Source: Octopus vulgaris (lineage: Eukaryota). Taken from it: a stretch of 64,000 nucleotides of DNA. The notes under the pieces are model-generated. The model saw only the letters and a list, made by a program, of their open reading frames with translations, was not told the origin of the DNA and ran no database searches. The number at the start of each line of letters is the position of its first letter. Positions within the stretch are counted from its first letter, which is position 1. Location of the stretch: contig OX597839.1 in NCBI GenBank assembly GCA_951406725.2, forward strand, positions 8,246,001 through 8,310,000, written 5' to 3'. This document shows positions 39,240-54,894 of the stretch, in pieces. The position numbers were made by a program, and so were the translations under genes.

Positions 39240-40381
39240 ACAAAGCAGTCGCAAGAATATTATCAATATCAAGTGGTAAATCGTTTTCTTGGACTCTCCA
39301 AGAATGGGCTTACGTGGAGCTAACCAACATGGCGGAAACATTAATTCAAATAAGGCCACAAACCATGAGAAAATGGTGGCGGGGAAATGACAATTGATTC
39401 ACTCGATTAATGATTGATCTCAATGGAAGATGTGTATGACCATCATCATGACTGAAGAGAAGTCGTCAGACATAACCCTTCACCCCTGGCCACATTCTCC
39501 GATCGCCCCCATCTCCGTCTCTGTCGCCTGCAACCTTCTTTACTGCCCACTCAACTCTCTCAGGATGTGAGCACAGATGCTATGACCTCTAATAACATGG
39601 CCAAAGCATCGCAGTTTTCGTTGTTTGACCATTGTCACTAACTTTCGTTCTATTCCCATAAGAATGTAAAGAAATACGTATAGCAACTATAAATATCGCT
39701 CTATGTCTAAAATATTTTTAAGAGAAAGTAAACGCCATTTTGCGATCTCTTCAGTTCGAACACATGAAACCATACTTGTATACTTTTATAGACCATATTA
39801 CAGAACACAGAACAGTAAAAAAAAAGAAAGATGCAACGAAATACCGGATATAATATTTATTTCATTACCCATTTAGCTCTACAGATTCCACCACCAACCA
39901 CCTTCACTTGTCATAAAAAAAATACATATTAACTTGCAATATTGTCACAGGGCCACAAAATTTTCGGCAAGGGAACGGTTGGCATTAGAGACTTCACAGC
40001 TGCTTTATTTTATGGAATTTGAAAGATGACAGGTAAAGTTGACTTTGATGAGATTGGAACTCAAGAACATAAAGGAACGTAACTGGGTAGGGTTAGCTAT
40101 TTAGTCGATCGTAACAGCTGGTGGATTGCGGATAGGCAGAATCGCTAGAGCTTCAGATAAATACTTCATAATAACTGTTACGGCTCTTTATGCTCTGTGT
40201 TCAAATCTTACCGAGGTCAACTTAAACTTTGAGCTTTCTCAGATCGATGAATGAAAGTACCAGTCAGGTACTGGTATCATTTCTTCGCTCTCATTCTCTC
40301 TCTCTTTTTTATTTGTCTCTCAGATTCGGTTACACTGCCCTATTCCCATCCAACTGTGGGATTCGAACGACGGGTGAATCA

Positions 40382-40795
40382 CAGGAGTGGCTGTGTAGTA
40401 AGTAGCTTGTTTACCAACCACATGGTTCCGGGTTCAGTCCCACTGCGTGGATTCTTGGGCAAGTGTCTTCTGCTATAGCCTCGGGCCGACCAAAGCCTTG
40501 TGAGTGGATTTGGTAGACGGAAACTGGAAGAAGCCTGTCGTATATATGTATATATATATATATGTGTGTGTGTGTATATGTTTGTGTGCCTGTGTTTGAC
40601 CCCCTAGCATTGCTTGACAGCCGATATTGGTGTGTTTACGTCCCCGTCACTTAGCGGTTCGGCAAAAGAGACCGATAGATAAAGTACTGGGCTTACAAAA
40701 GAATAAGTCCCGGGGTCGAGTTGCTCGATTAAAGGCGGTGCTCCAGCATGGCCGCAGTCAAAATGACTGAAACAAGTAAAAGAGTAAAAGAGAGA
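40382..40795 (+). mobile_element. SINE family B
   Basis: Matches 23523-23975. Confidence 0.85.
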
Positions 40796-40857
40796 GAACT
40801 GAAACGAGTAGAATCTGCCCTCGTTTAATTCATGTGACACGCGATGATCACTAAAGT

Positions 40858-41428
40858 CAGTCATGAGCAAACTGCGGCGCGGGACTTTCTGAATAGCACG
40901 CTTAGCAAAAAATTAACTCGCATCTTTCAATCATTGCAACAAGCCTGATGAGATAGGTCATGTGCGGCCCGCCGGATAATGAGCTATGTCTCGTGCGGCC
41001 CGCCTGGTAATGAACTGTGTCGTGAAAACCTGTCTCTTGATGAGTTATGCCTCGTGCGGCCCGCCTGAAGATGAATATGTCTCATGCAGTCCACCTGATG
41101 ATGAGTTGTGCCACGTGCGGCCCGCCTTATGATGAGCTATGAGTCACGCGGCCCACCTGATGAGCTTTCTCATGCGGCCTTTCTTATGATATGCTATGTT
41201 TCGCGAGGCCCGTCAGATGATGACCCATGCCTCGTGCGGCCCGCCTTATGGTGAAGAACTGTGTCTCGTGCGGCCTGTCTGATAATGGGCTATGCCTAGT
41301 GCGGCCCGCCTCATGAGGAGTTATATCTCGTGCAGCCCTCCTGACGAAGAGGTATATCTCTTGCGGCCCGCCTGATGATGAGCTATATCTCGTGCGGCCC
41401 GCTTCTGGAAAAAGTTTGTCCATGACTG
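40858..41428. mobile_element. hAT (Charlie-like) non-autonomous element filled with a ~31-bp minisatellite
   Basis: TIR CAGTCATGAGCAAACT / AGTTTGTCCATGACTG (14 of 16 match). Degenerate flanks CACTAAAG / CACTAGAC. About 14 units of GTGCGGCCCGCCTGATGATGAGCTATGTCTC. Confidence 0.7.
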
Positions 41429-42127
41429 CACTAGACTTTTGCCCATCCTACCTCGGATTGCGTCACTCTATCGCCATTTTGCAAGATGAAGCATGTCAAG
41501 AAACATGCAGAAGTCCGAACCTAAAGCAAAGCATTAATTATTCCAAGTCTGATTCTCTCAGCTATACGAGAACATATGTGTTGTTATTGCTATTTAGCCA
41601 TAGGTAGAGCCTTAATGGAGAATCTGATCTACGAACGAGCCTAACGCAAACGTCGCGTCTTGTATAACGCTGATCACATGATCCCGCTTATATCTAACGA
41701 CAGTCGAATTTGATTGTTTGAAGAAAATGTAGCTGGTATTTATTGGTCGAACTCTTGTGTATGTGAGTAATATATTTGAAGGAAACAGACAAGAGATAGA
41801 TAGACAGGCAGACATACACAGACACCGACAAGATGACAGAAACAGAGAGACAAACAGAATGTAAAGTAATCCAACAGCTGTAAATATCGCTTTATGGCTA
41901 AAATGTGTTTAAGGGGAAGTAAACGCCATTTTGTGATCTCTCCAGTTCAAAGATATGAAACCGTGTTCGTATAGTTTTATAGACCGTCTGGGTGTGTGCG
42001 TGTGTACACACATAGGTTACGTAAACCTGTACATATGTATGTGTATATATATATATATAAATCTATGTAAATTGGTGTGTGTGTATACATATATATATAC
42101 AGACACACACATATATATATGTATATG

Positions 42128-42170
<43 letters not shown>

Positions 42171-42351
42171 TATAAATCTATGTAAATTGGTGTGTGTATA
42201 AATATATATACAGACACACACATATATATATATATAAATATATGTATATGTGTAGATATATATATATACACACTCACACACACATAGTTATGTATATAGA
42301 GATACGTTGGTGTATATATATATATACGCACACACATAAATTTAAGAATGT

Positions 42352-42391
<40 letters not shown>

Positions 42392-43149
42392 TTATGTATA
42401 TATATATTAATGTTGGTATATGTGTTTGTATGTATATACGCACATACACACATAAATGTGAGTAAATATAATTGTACAGACTATATACTATTATGTTCAT
42501 CGTATATTATCAATGTTACATCTACAAGAGTGTGAGCGTGAGAGTGTATTTGTTTTGTGTGTTTGTTAATATATATACTATTTTATTCTTTACACTCGCT
42601 TGGAATCTTTCTCTCTCTACAGACACACACCGAAATACCAAAAGTTGAACGTTCTCTCTTTTCATTTTATATTGATTTTTATTGGCATTCCTTTTTACAA
42701 TTTTATTTATATGGCTTGTTTATTTTTGTGGGGTATTTTTGCATTTTATTATGGGTTTACGAGGTAACGCCTCCTCATCACAGACTTTTAAATGTTTACC
42801 ACCGTCATCCTCTTCATCTTTTTCATCAACCTCATCACCTTCATCAACCAACACCACTATGTCCACCACCACAATCATTATTCCACCGTCCACAGTTATG
42901 ACCACAAATATCGGTTTCAAATTTTGGCACAAGGCATGAAGTTTATGTGGGGAAAGGGCTAGTTCGTTACATCGACCCACCCCGGTGTTCAACTAGTATT
43001 TATTTCATCGACCCTGAAAGAATGAAATGCAAAGTCGGGTTCGGCTGAATTTGAACTCAGAACGTAAAGATGGACAAAACATCGCTAAGCATCTTCCTAG
43101 GCGTACTAACGATTCTGCCAGTTTGCCACATTAATAATAATAATAATAA

Positions 43150-43680
43150 ATGCACTGATGCAGTACCAGGTTGTGGCTCTCGTGGCTTCTGATCATAACT
43201 GATTGGAAGTGTTGTCATGTACATTGTTTTGTCTTGGTATAAAAGATGGGCTACAGCAAATATTCTGCTCTATACCACAGATTTGCTTGTCAGTTGTTTG
43301 ACCTTAACCAGTTGAGCATGTCCCTTAGTGGCTGACGATATGTGCATCTCTGATCACAAGCAGAGGTAGTGGGGGCTGAGAGGGATTCTTTGGGGTTTGG
43401 ATAATTCACCTTTGGAAACATGAGTGTTTCGTTCAACATCCTTAAACAATCCTTATTCAGGGACCTTTTGAGCAGGATGGGCTACTCGAGCAGAAGAAAA
43501 TTCAAACTAGGCCCCCACCTGCTGGGTGTCTTGATATGAGAAAACCATGTCGCGCACATATGGTTGTGATGCATGTACCTCGTGTACCCTTATCAGACGA
43601 GTAGTGATGATGGGTATACTGGGCTTCGTATATTTTACCCCAGTGTCACTTTGATGGCATGCACTGCTCTCTCACTCAAT
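43150..43680 (+). mobile_element. ~530-bp non-coding insertion bounded by (TAA)n; probable (TAA)n-targeting retroelement derivative
   Basis: Higher-GC block flanked directly by TAA repeats on both sides. No ORF. Confidence 0.45.
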
Positions 43681-43950
43681 AATAATAATAATAATCCTTT
43701 CCACTAAAGGCGTAAGACCTTAAATTTTGCGCAAAATCTTTTGCTCTTTCGTGTACCTGTAGGGTGGATTTTCTTAGGTACGTGTACACATTTACTTGTT
43801 TGTCCCATTATTACCACCACTTGGAATTTTAATTGCTACCTAGAATAATTTTAGTAGGTTATTATATTCCAATGCACCTCCTGTCCTAGTTGTCTCCCCT
43901 CAACTATAAAAAAAGATTATAGCATTTTGACTGACAGTATTTAACTATTT

Positions 43951-44190
43951 GTGGAGGCGCGTGGCTTAGTGGTTAGGGTGTGGAACTTATGATCGTAAGG
44001 TTGTGGTTTCGATTCCAGGACCGGTCGATGCGTTGTGTTCTTGAACAAAACATTTCATTTCACGTTGCTCCAGTCCATTCTGGTGGCAAAAATGAGTAAT
44101 CCTGCGTCCCGTCCAAGTGGGGAATTTCTACGCCACTGAAACCGGGAAACCAGCCCTTATGAGCCTGGCATGGCACGAGAAGGAACATTT
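43951..44190 (+). mobile_element. tRNA-derived SINE family D, ending in (TTTA)n
   Basis: Head TGGCTTAGTGGTTAGGG...GTTTCGATTCC. Core shared with 12206-12550; tail shared with ~2730-2825. Confidence 0.75.
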
Positions 44191-45134
44191 ATTTATTTAT
44201 TTCATTGTTATGTTATGTTGAGAATTTGCAGAAGGTCATAAGCGGCCTCGTACCACTTATATCATAGTCTTCTCTCCCGCACCCTTTGTTTCCTGGTTCG
44301 TTTTCTTTATTTACATATCCTTTGGAACGGTTTTAACTTTTGCCCTTGCTTCAAATATAATTGACCAATTGTGGTGATGGATAGACCTTGGTCAATTCTA
44401 TTACGGACAGCAGGTGGTGATCTCTACAATATTTCAGTAAGTACACTATTAAAAGAACCCTACAGTTTTGTTTTTGGATAAATATTAACTAACCCTATTT
44501 ACGATAACATAAGTGCTATTCTCCTTCCAGACATGTTAGTAATTTCTTCTCTTATGTTAGTGCTAACTGCATTTCACATTTCAAACATCCATGTTCTCCC
44601 TTTATATAGTAATAACCCGTTAATATTTCCCTAGACCTCTGGTAGATCACTCTATTGCCTAGCGATTTACAAGCTCTATGCAGGAAGATAATATAATTTT
44701 AATTCATTTATTAATGTATATATATATAAATATATATATATATACATACATATAAAGTTAATGACCAATAAACACCCTCCTCACCAAGCGAGCTTGGTGG
44801 GGTTGCCGGTTTAGTCGCCGACGACCCGACCATGCAACAGGTAGTACTGGGTTACATGTTACCAGTAGCACTTGAAAGTGACCTGAAATATACATACATA
44901 TATATATACATACATACATGCATACATACATGTAATTCGAATTAGATAATGGGCATGAAACGTACGTTTTACTTTTTATCTTATATTAAACTTTTTAATA
45001 CTTTTTGATAGTTATATATATTTAATAAATAAATAAATAAATAAAATAAAAATATATATATATAAAAAAATATAAATATTTATAAATGTTTCTTTTCAGA
45101 TATCATCAGAAAAAGGTAGTTAAAATTCATTAAA

Positions 45135-45184
45135 ATGACAGATCTGTTGGACTTTCAAAGAGGTCAAATTGTTGGTGCTTGTAT
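45135..45184 (+). pseudogene. N-terminal fragment of a Tc1-like transposase
   Basis: MTDLLDFQRGQIVGA resembles the conserved Tc1 N-terminal DLSDF.RG.IVGA motif. Confidence 0.55.
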
Positions 45185-45347
45185 TGTCTTAATGGTCCTG
45201 TGGGTAAAGACATAGAGACATATCAACTCATGTACCTCTTGGACAAAGGATCAATCTTGGCCCGTACTGATTGTCTTTTTGTTTTGTTTTTTCTTTCGAT
45301 AGGTTTAAATATGTTATTTTCACACTAGTTATAGTTGGTGTCTCAAT

Positions 45348-45885
45348 CAAATTTCACAAAATATAAATATATATAAATATATATATAAAATAATAATAAT
45401 ACTCCAAACTTACAGGGAAAAATTCAATTCAGAAATACTAAATCATATTTCACAAAATATAATATATATAAATATATATATAAAATAATAATAATAATAA
45501 TACTCCAAACTTAGAGGGAAAAATTCAATTTAGAAATACTAAATCATATTTCACAAAATATAATATATATAAATATATATATATATATATAAAATAATAA
45601 TAATACTCCAAACTTACAGGGAAAAATTCAATTCAGAAATACTAAATCATATTTCACAAAATATAATATATATAAATATATATATAAAATAATAATAATA
45701 ATAATACTCCAAACTTAGAGGGAAAAATTCAATTTAGAAATACTAAATCATATTTCACAAAATATAATATATATAAATATATATATATATATATAAAATA
45801 ATAATAATAATACTCCAAACTTACAGGGAAAAATTCAATTCAGAAATACTAAATCATATTTCACAAAATATAATATATATAAATA

Positions 45886-45919
<34 letters not shown>

Positions 45920-46033
45920 CTCCAAACTTACAGGGAAAAATTCAATTTAGAAATACTAAATCATATTTCACAAAATATAATATATATATAAAATAATAAT
46001 AATAATAATACTCCAAAATATAATATATATAAA
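45348..46033. repeat. ~100-bp AT-rich tandem repeat (six full units) with alternating variants
   Basis: Unit TACTCCAAACTTA(C/G)AGGGAAAAATTCAATT(C/T)AGAAATACTAAATCATATTTCACAAAATAT... Confidence 0.9.
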
Positions 46034-47040
46034 TCCTTTAACAAAAGTTCAATCTTGGCCTATACTGTAAAAGTATTCAGTGTTTTTTTCCCCCCTTAGT
46101 CTGATAGGTTTAAATACATCATTTTCAAACTAGTTATTGCATATATGAACATTTAAATTTAAAAATAAACAAAACATTATTACAATCTGTAATCATTAAG
46201 GCTGTGAGATCAATTCCTGAATCAGGTAGCATGGTGTGTTCTGTTGTCTCAATGGGCCTGTGGGTAAGACATGGACAGCGCAACTCATGTACCTCTTGGA
46301 CAAAGGATCACTCTTGGCCCATACTGGTTGTTTTTATTTTTGTTTTTTTCTTTAAATAGGTTTAAATATATCATTTTCACACTAGTTATCGTTGTTGTCT
46401 CAATGGTCTTGTGGGTAAAGTCATGGACACAAAAATGCATGAACCTCTTTAACAAAGGTTCAATCTTTGTAAAAGTAGTCAGTGTTTTTTTTTCCCCCCT
46501 TCTCCATTTTCAGAAAAAAATAAAATAAAATCATATCACAGTCCCCTACCTCAGACTGAACCCTCCATCCATCTACCCCACTGTCTTGTTTGTAAGCCAC
46601 CCCCTTATCCTCTGGCCCATAAGGCCAGTAATACTACTTATAGCAAAAATGAGATACTTAAATCTATTTTAATGATTGGTGATTACATTAGTTTTATAGG
46701 TTTAAATATATTATTTTCAAACTAGAAATTGTTGTTGTCTCAATGGTCTTGTGGGTAAAGACATGGATACAGCAACGTATATACCCCTTGAACAAAGGTT
46801 CAATCCTTGTAAAAGTATTCAGTGCTTTTTTTTTTTTTTTTTACCCCCCTTCTCCATTTACAGAAAAAATAAAATCGTATCACACTCCGAGACTGAAACC
46901 TCCATCTACCCCACTGTCCTGTTTGTCACCAACCACCCTTATCCACTGTGCCACGAGGCTAGTAATACTACTTATACAAAATTTGAGATACTTAAATGTA
47001 TTTTAATGATTGGTTAGTGATTAGATTAGTTTGATAAGTT
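46034..47040. repeat. Diverged local duplications of a ~300-500-bp unit (also ~45185-45347)
   Basis: TTGTCTCAATGG.C.TGTGGGTAAAGACATGGA recurs at ~45185, ~46244, ~46395 and ~46735. Confidence 0.75.
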
Positions 47041-47471
47041 CTCGTTTATCTATTTAATGAACGTGTTGTGTATTTATAATTATTTAACTTATAATTGGTT
47101 TATTTTTTTCAATTGTAGACATAAATGTATATAAATATATGGATATGTATGTGTATATTGATGTATAAATGTATGTGTATATATATATATTAGGTAGGAC
47201 TGAATATATGTAGCTGGTGCTTTGTGTAAGAATATATATGTATACATGTGTATTTATGTATATGTGCGTGAGTGTATATTCGTATATATCTGTATACTTC
47301 AACGGATATACGTTTATGGTATGTGATATGTATATATATGTATATGTGTGTATATATATGTATATATAAAGTTAATCCAAACATGAAAACACAAAGAGAA
47401 AACACAACAACGCGAGGACGTGAAACAAATATAGTATTATTGGACGCTCAGGAAGGAAGGGAAGAAGGAGG

Positions 47472-47507
47472 GTTTAACGTTTCAAGCGGAGCTCTTCGTC
47501 AGAAAGA
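47472..47507 (-). ncRNA. Minimal hammerhead ribozyme in a Penelope-type pLTR fragment (~47370-47552) within (TA)n
   Basis: UCUUU-CUGACGA-A-GAGC(ucc)GCUU-GAAAC-GUU-AAAC. Same family as 59340-59377. Confidence 0.6.
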
Positions 47508-47552
47508 TAGGAGAAGGAAAGATCCAGAGAAGGGAAGACGGAGTAAAAAAAA

Positions 47553-48284
47553 TACATGTATATGTATATACATGTACATACATATATATATATACATATA
47601 TATATATATACATACACATATACATATATATATATATACATACACATATACATATATATATATATACATACACATATACATATATATATATACATACACA
47701 TATACATATATATATATATACATACACATATATATATATACATACACATATACATATATATATATATACATACACATACACATATATATATATACATATA
47801 CATACACATATACATATATACATATGCATATATATATACATATACATATATACATATATATATACATATACATATATACATATATATATACATATACATA
47901 TATACATATATATATATACATATACACATATATATATATACATATACACATATATATATATACATATACATATATATATACATATACATATATATATACA
48001 TATACATATATATACATATACATATACATATATATATACATATACATATACATATATATATACATACATATATACATACATATATATATACATACATATA
48101 TACATACATATATATATACATACATATATATATACATACATATATATATACATATATATATATAATACATATATATATATATATATATATACATACATAT
48201 ATATATATACATATATATATACATACATATACATATATATATACATACATATATATATATATACATATATATATATAGATATAC

Positions 48285-48315
<31 letters not shown>

Positions 48316-48369
48316 GATATACATATATAGGTACGTATATGTATGTACGTATATGTATATATATTTATG

Positions 48370-48400
<31 letters not shown>

Positions 48401-48559
48401 GTATGTATATATGTATGTATATATGTATGTATATATATGTATATATATATGTATATATGTATGTATATGTATATATGTATGTATGTATATATATATGTAT
48501 GTATGTATATATATGTATGTATGTATATATATATGTATGTATATATATATATATGTATG

Positions 48560-48592
<33 letters not shown>

Positions 48593-48729
48593 GTATGTAT
48601 ATATATATATGTATGTATATATATATATATGTATGTATATATATATATGTATGTATATATATATATATGTATGTATGTATATATATGTATATATGTATGT
48701 ATGTATATATATGTATATATGTATGTATG

Positions 48730-48760
<31 letters not shown>

Positions 48761-48787
48761 ATATATATATGTATATATGTATGTATG

Positions 48788-48818
<31 letters not shown>

Positions 48819-48823
48819 ATATG

Positions 48824-48858
<35 letters not shown>

Positions 48859-48967
48859 TTATGTATATGTATGTATGTATGTATATATATCTATATGTAT
48901 ATATATGTATGTGTGTGCATATACATACGGGTACATATAAATGCATATATATATATATATATATATA
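47553..48967. repeat. Long TA/CA-rich microsatellite switching strand polarity at ~48330 (quasi-palindrome)
   Basis: (TACA/TA)n on the left and (TGTA/TA)n on the right. Confidence 0.9.
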
Positions 48968-49689
48968 GTAGAATCCCATTAAAGAATGTGTAAATCGCGC
49001 AGCAGCTGTATGATTCCTGGAAGCCCTTCTTTTCCCCCACCTCATCGACAAATGATGTTTACAGCTAAGACACTGCCATAATAGTTAGCTAGTGAGTTCG
49101 TTTGTTTCCTTCTAATGTTTTAGCCATTCCGTGGTGATTCAGGCAGCTGTTCGATTTTGAAAGAGCTATTTTGTGTTATCAGCACTGACAACAGGATTTA
49201 CTAGTGTTTTTACTGCTTAGCCTGTTTAGAATCGTCCGAATCTATAGGAGTTATTGGTTATTATATGTTGTAATAAGAGTGAATGCTGGTGGTGGAGTGG
49301 AGTGGAGATTATGTGAGCTTCGACCTTAGAAAACAGCTTCGGATATAGAAGTAGTTTAGTAAATAGAGAATGTAACGCTGCTCTCGATATTAGAGATGTA
49401 TATAACACAACTATAAAGTGTGACGTACGAAAGGAAAAGATGACAACAGATAATACCGCAGGAATCGAAACAGGATATTGTCGCTCAGAGCAATCCTGCA
49501 ACCGATTGTACCAATGAGACTTTGTGAAGATTTGCTTATCATAATAGCAAAAGTCTTGTTTCTCAATAAGCCGAAGAATTTTGCTTTCTTTACATCTCAC
49601 TAAAGGAATCTCAAAGATTTTAATAGCTACTTAAACACCAGAAGATCACAATAAGCGTTATTATAAACCAGTAGCACTAAACACACATA

Positions 49690-51386
<1,697 letters not shown>

Positions 51387-51798
51387 CACTTATTAATCTG
51401 AGCGGAGGCAATGCGAGCAGTAACTAAAGGAACATTACTAAAATCCACACAGAAAGATCAAACACATACATATATTCATTTATATCTACAGAACAGATAT
51501 AAAGTCCGACGTTTAAAAATATAATAATATATAAATAAATAAACATCATGTAATATATATAAATATATAAGAATCAGTGTTGCATACAAAACACAGTGAA
51601 TTTTCGCTTAAAATCATAAAACATTTGGTAAATTAAAAATTTGGGATAATAAAACATATAAAGGACTTTTTTATCTATCTATCTCTATATCTAATATTTA
51701 TTTATCTATCTATCTAATATTTATCTCTGTGTGTGTGCGTACGTTTATGTATATTATAAGCGAAAAGAATCATTTTAACTTCACTTGCTCATCATATA

Positions 51799-51898
51799 GA
51801 AAACAAATATACAAAAGTTACAAAATTTCGGAGACGCGCCAATTAATATGAAACATTTCATATATTCGAAACTGATACCCCCCTCATCAGTATGTTTT
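51799..51898 (-). ncRNA. Degenerate hammerhead ribozyme with long stem II
   Basis: AAAACAUA-CUGAUGA-GGGGGG..AUAUGAAA/UUUCAUAU..CUCC-GAAAU...GUA-UAUUUGUUUU. Stem III is poorly paired. Confidence 0.45.
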
Positions 51899-52829
51899 TT
51901 TATACACAATACATAGAAACAAATGTACAATTACATACCAGCTGTGTGCGAGAGAGCATAGCTTATTTGGAGCACTACAACTCCGGTCTGTTTTATGTTT
52001 TGAGTAATGTTATTACTAGCGAACTCAAGATATAATTATATATATATATATAAAACACGCAAATCTTTGAACGACCGTATCGAAGGGTATCAAGTAAAAA
52101 CCCTGAAGGAACTGCGCCAGTTTTATAGCTGTTTTGAAACTTGACGTTCCAAGTTCAAATTCCTTCGGAGTTGACTTTGCTTTTCATCTTTTACCGCGTC
52201 GATAAAATTGAAACTTTACGTTCTAAGTTCAAATTCCTTCGGGTCGATATAAGAAGTATAAGAAGTACTAGTTGAACACTGAGGTCAATGAAATTGACTG
52301 ACCCACCCCCGCAATTTCTGGCCTTGTGCCAAAATTTGAAACCATTATTGAAATGATGAGGATGAAGGGGAGGGTGTGATAAAGACAATGACGAGGATGC
52401 TGTTTAAAAGGGTTGTGTTGATGATAGTGATGACGTGTATGAATCCACATTGACACGATGCTGTTGAATGGGACGGGGCGGAGACGAAGTCAAGTGTGCC
52501 TTTTCGCAAAACACGATTATGTTCGACGATTACAACAAAGATGGCGACGACAATGAATTACGTCAAAGGGGAGCGGTGTAGCGATGGGAACGGCGAGGCG
52601 AGAATGCGATGATGACAATGGCATCGTGGATGATAGATGAAAAGACGACATGTTGAAACAATAAACGCAGGAAATGATATATCAATGGCGAATCGGAAGT
52701 CAATTTACTCGAATAAAAACGAACGAGAGAATAAAAATAAAAATCCGAAATAACACAGAATCCTTCAATACTGTGACAATTAAAAGGAATAACCTTGACA
52801 GCCGCGGAAAAATAAGCTGTTTAAAGCAT

Positions 52830-52834
<5 letters not shown>

Positions 52835-52893
<59 letters not shown>

Positions 52894-53565
52894 TGCGTAC
52901 GTATGTATATATGTGTGTGTATACATGACATATATGTAAACATGGCATACATGCGTGTGTATGATATATATATTATATACATAAATGTGTGTGTGTGCGT
53001 GTGTGTGTGTATGTGTGTGTCTGCGTACGTATGTATATATGTGTGTGTATACATGACATATATGTAAACATGGCATATATGTGTGTATGATATATATATT
53101 ATATACATAAATGTGTGTGTGTGTGTCTGCGTACGTATGTATATATGTGTGTGTATACATGACATATATGTAAACATGGCATATATGTGTGTATGATATA
53201 TATATTATATACATAAATGTGTGTGTGTGCGTGTGTGTGTGTGTGTGTCTGCGTACGTATGTATATATGTGTGTGTATACATGACATATATGTAAACATG
53301 GCATACATGCGTGTGTATGGCATATATATTATATACATAAATGTGTGTGTGTGTGTGTCTGCGTACGTATGTATATATGTGTGTGTATACATGACATATA
53401 TGTAAACATGGCATATATGTGTGTATGATATATATATTATATACATAAATGTGTGTGCGTGTGTGTGTCTGCGTACGTATGTATATATGTGAGTGTATAC
53501 ATGACATATATGCAAACATGGCATACATGCGTGTGTATGATATATATATTATATACATAAATATA
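52835..53565. repeat. Six-unit ~105-128-bp tandem repeat built from microsatellite sequence
   Basis: GTCTGCGTACGTATGTATATATG...AAACATGGCATA recurs at ~52891, 53019, 53124, 53247, 53357 and 53467. Confidence 0.9.
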
Positions 53566-54326
53566 TACACATATATAAAGTGTATACATATGTGTATATG
53601 TATACATGCATTCGTATGTGATGTATATATATTTATATTGATACATATCTATATACACACACATTGCATATATGTATACACACACACACACACAATTGAT
53701 GGACAAACGAAAAGAACACGTAATACATCAAATGTAGTATTTATATTTTCAGATGAATAAGTTGTTAATCCAAGTGTTTAGTGCTTGTTGATGCTTTCAT
53801 TAGCACCGAAAACCCATGTCTAACCTCCCACATAACTCCCACATGTCTAACTACCATAACTCATAGCAAGCATCTGAATAATTAAAGAGAGTAGTATTTG
53901 TATTTAGTATGCAGAAGGAGACCGTAAGTTATTTTTCCTCAGCCATAATGTGTGGATGCCCCCAGACGATGAAGTAGGCTAGCCTAATACGTAGTTATAG
54001 AGGGAAGAAGTCTAGACGTCGACAGAGTAGAGTAGCAGTACTCAAGTTTAATCAAATATATGTAGAGAATATGAAGGCGATAGTGATCGAAAAGGAAAAC
54101 TACAAGAAACTGGAAGAAATGTGTGGAGATAGTGTTGACCCACCAGGAGTAAGGGTGGAATTCAAAGAATTGCCACCAGTAGTGGATTTAATAGAAATTG
54201 AACCACTAATGAAATATTACTAAAAAGTAAATAAGTATGTTAAATCGACAGGAAAAAAAAGAAATGAAAAAAGAAAGGAGGAGCAAAGGGAAAAAGAAAG
54301 AGTAAGTGTTTTTGTTATGTTTAATA

Positions 54327-54467
54327 TTAGGTTGTCCCAAAAGTTCGTAAACACTTGCGAAAATTGAATTTTTACTCGCCAAGTACTAACAAAAACAACA
54401 AAAATTATTCCTCAAAATAAAGACCATTATTTTCCAAGACTTTCTACGAACTTTTGGGACAACCTTA
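54327..54467. mobile_element. Tc1/mariner MITE
   Basis: TIR AGGTTGTCCCAAAAGTTCGTA with TA flanks. The empty site is visible in the paralogous unit at ~55750. Confidence 0.85.
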
Positions 54468-54894
54468 TAATATCGGAAAATAGAAGAACAATTTTAGAGA
54501 ACGTATATAACGGTTCAAATAATTGTAATGGTAGCCGATAATTAATTGCTAGTTAAATATATGATAAAAACGGATCATGCATGTGATGAGGGGCGCATGC
54601 AGCCATTCATAACCCCATTATCGTATAATCATCTCATCATATTCGTTCTATGTATTGTCCCCTCTGTGGTGTCTTGTCTGTCCTTGTTTGTCCCACTCTA
54701 TTTTGGGCCCTTGTGGCTAATAAAAAATCAGAGTAAAGTAGCAGTTTTTGTAGTTGAAAGCGTTATTTTTGAAGTTGAGTTGTGGAAGACGGAGTGTTTT
54801 TTTTTTGTGAGTAGAGCGTTAATTAATTGTTCATTATTGCTGTTTGTTAATATTGTTAATTGTTGTTGTGTTATTTTTCCCCATTCAGGGAAAA

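Noticed and set aside
40945-41400. CRISPR-like array or tandem hammerheads (many CTGATGA)
   Set aside because: The units are contiguous with no unique spacers, there are no cas genes, the context is eukaryotic, and no properly placed GAAA or stems were found.
44932-44968. Hammerhead 3' half homologous to 61033-61075
   Set aside because: It is truncated by microsatellite and lacks the CUGA core, so it is not counted as a ribozyme.
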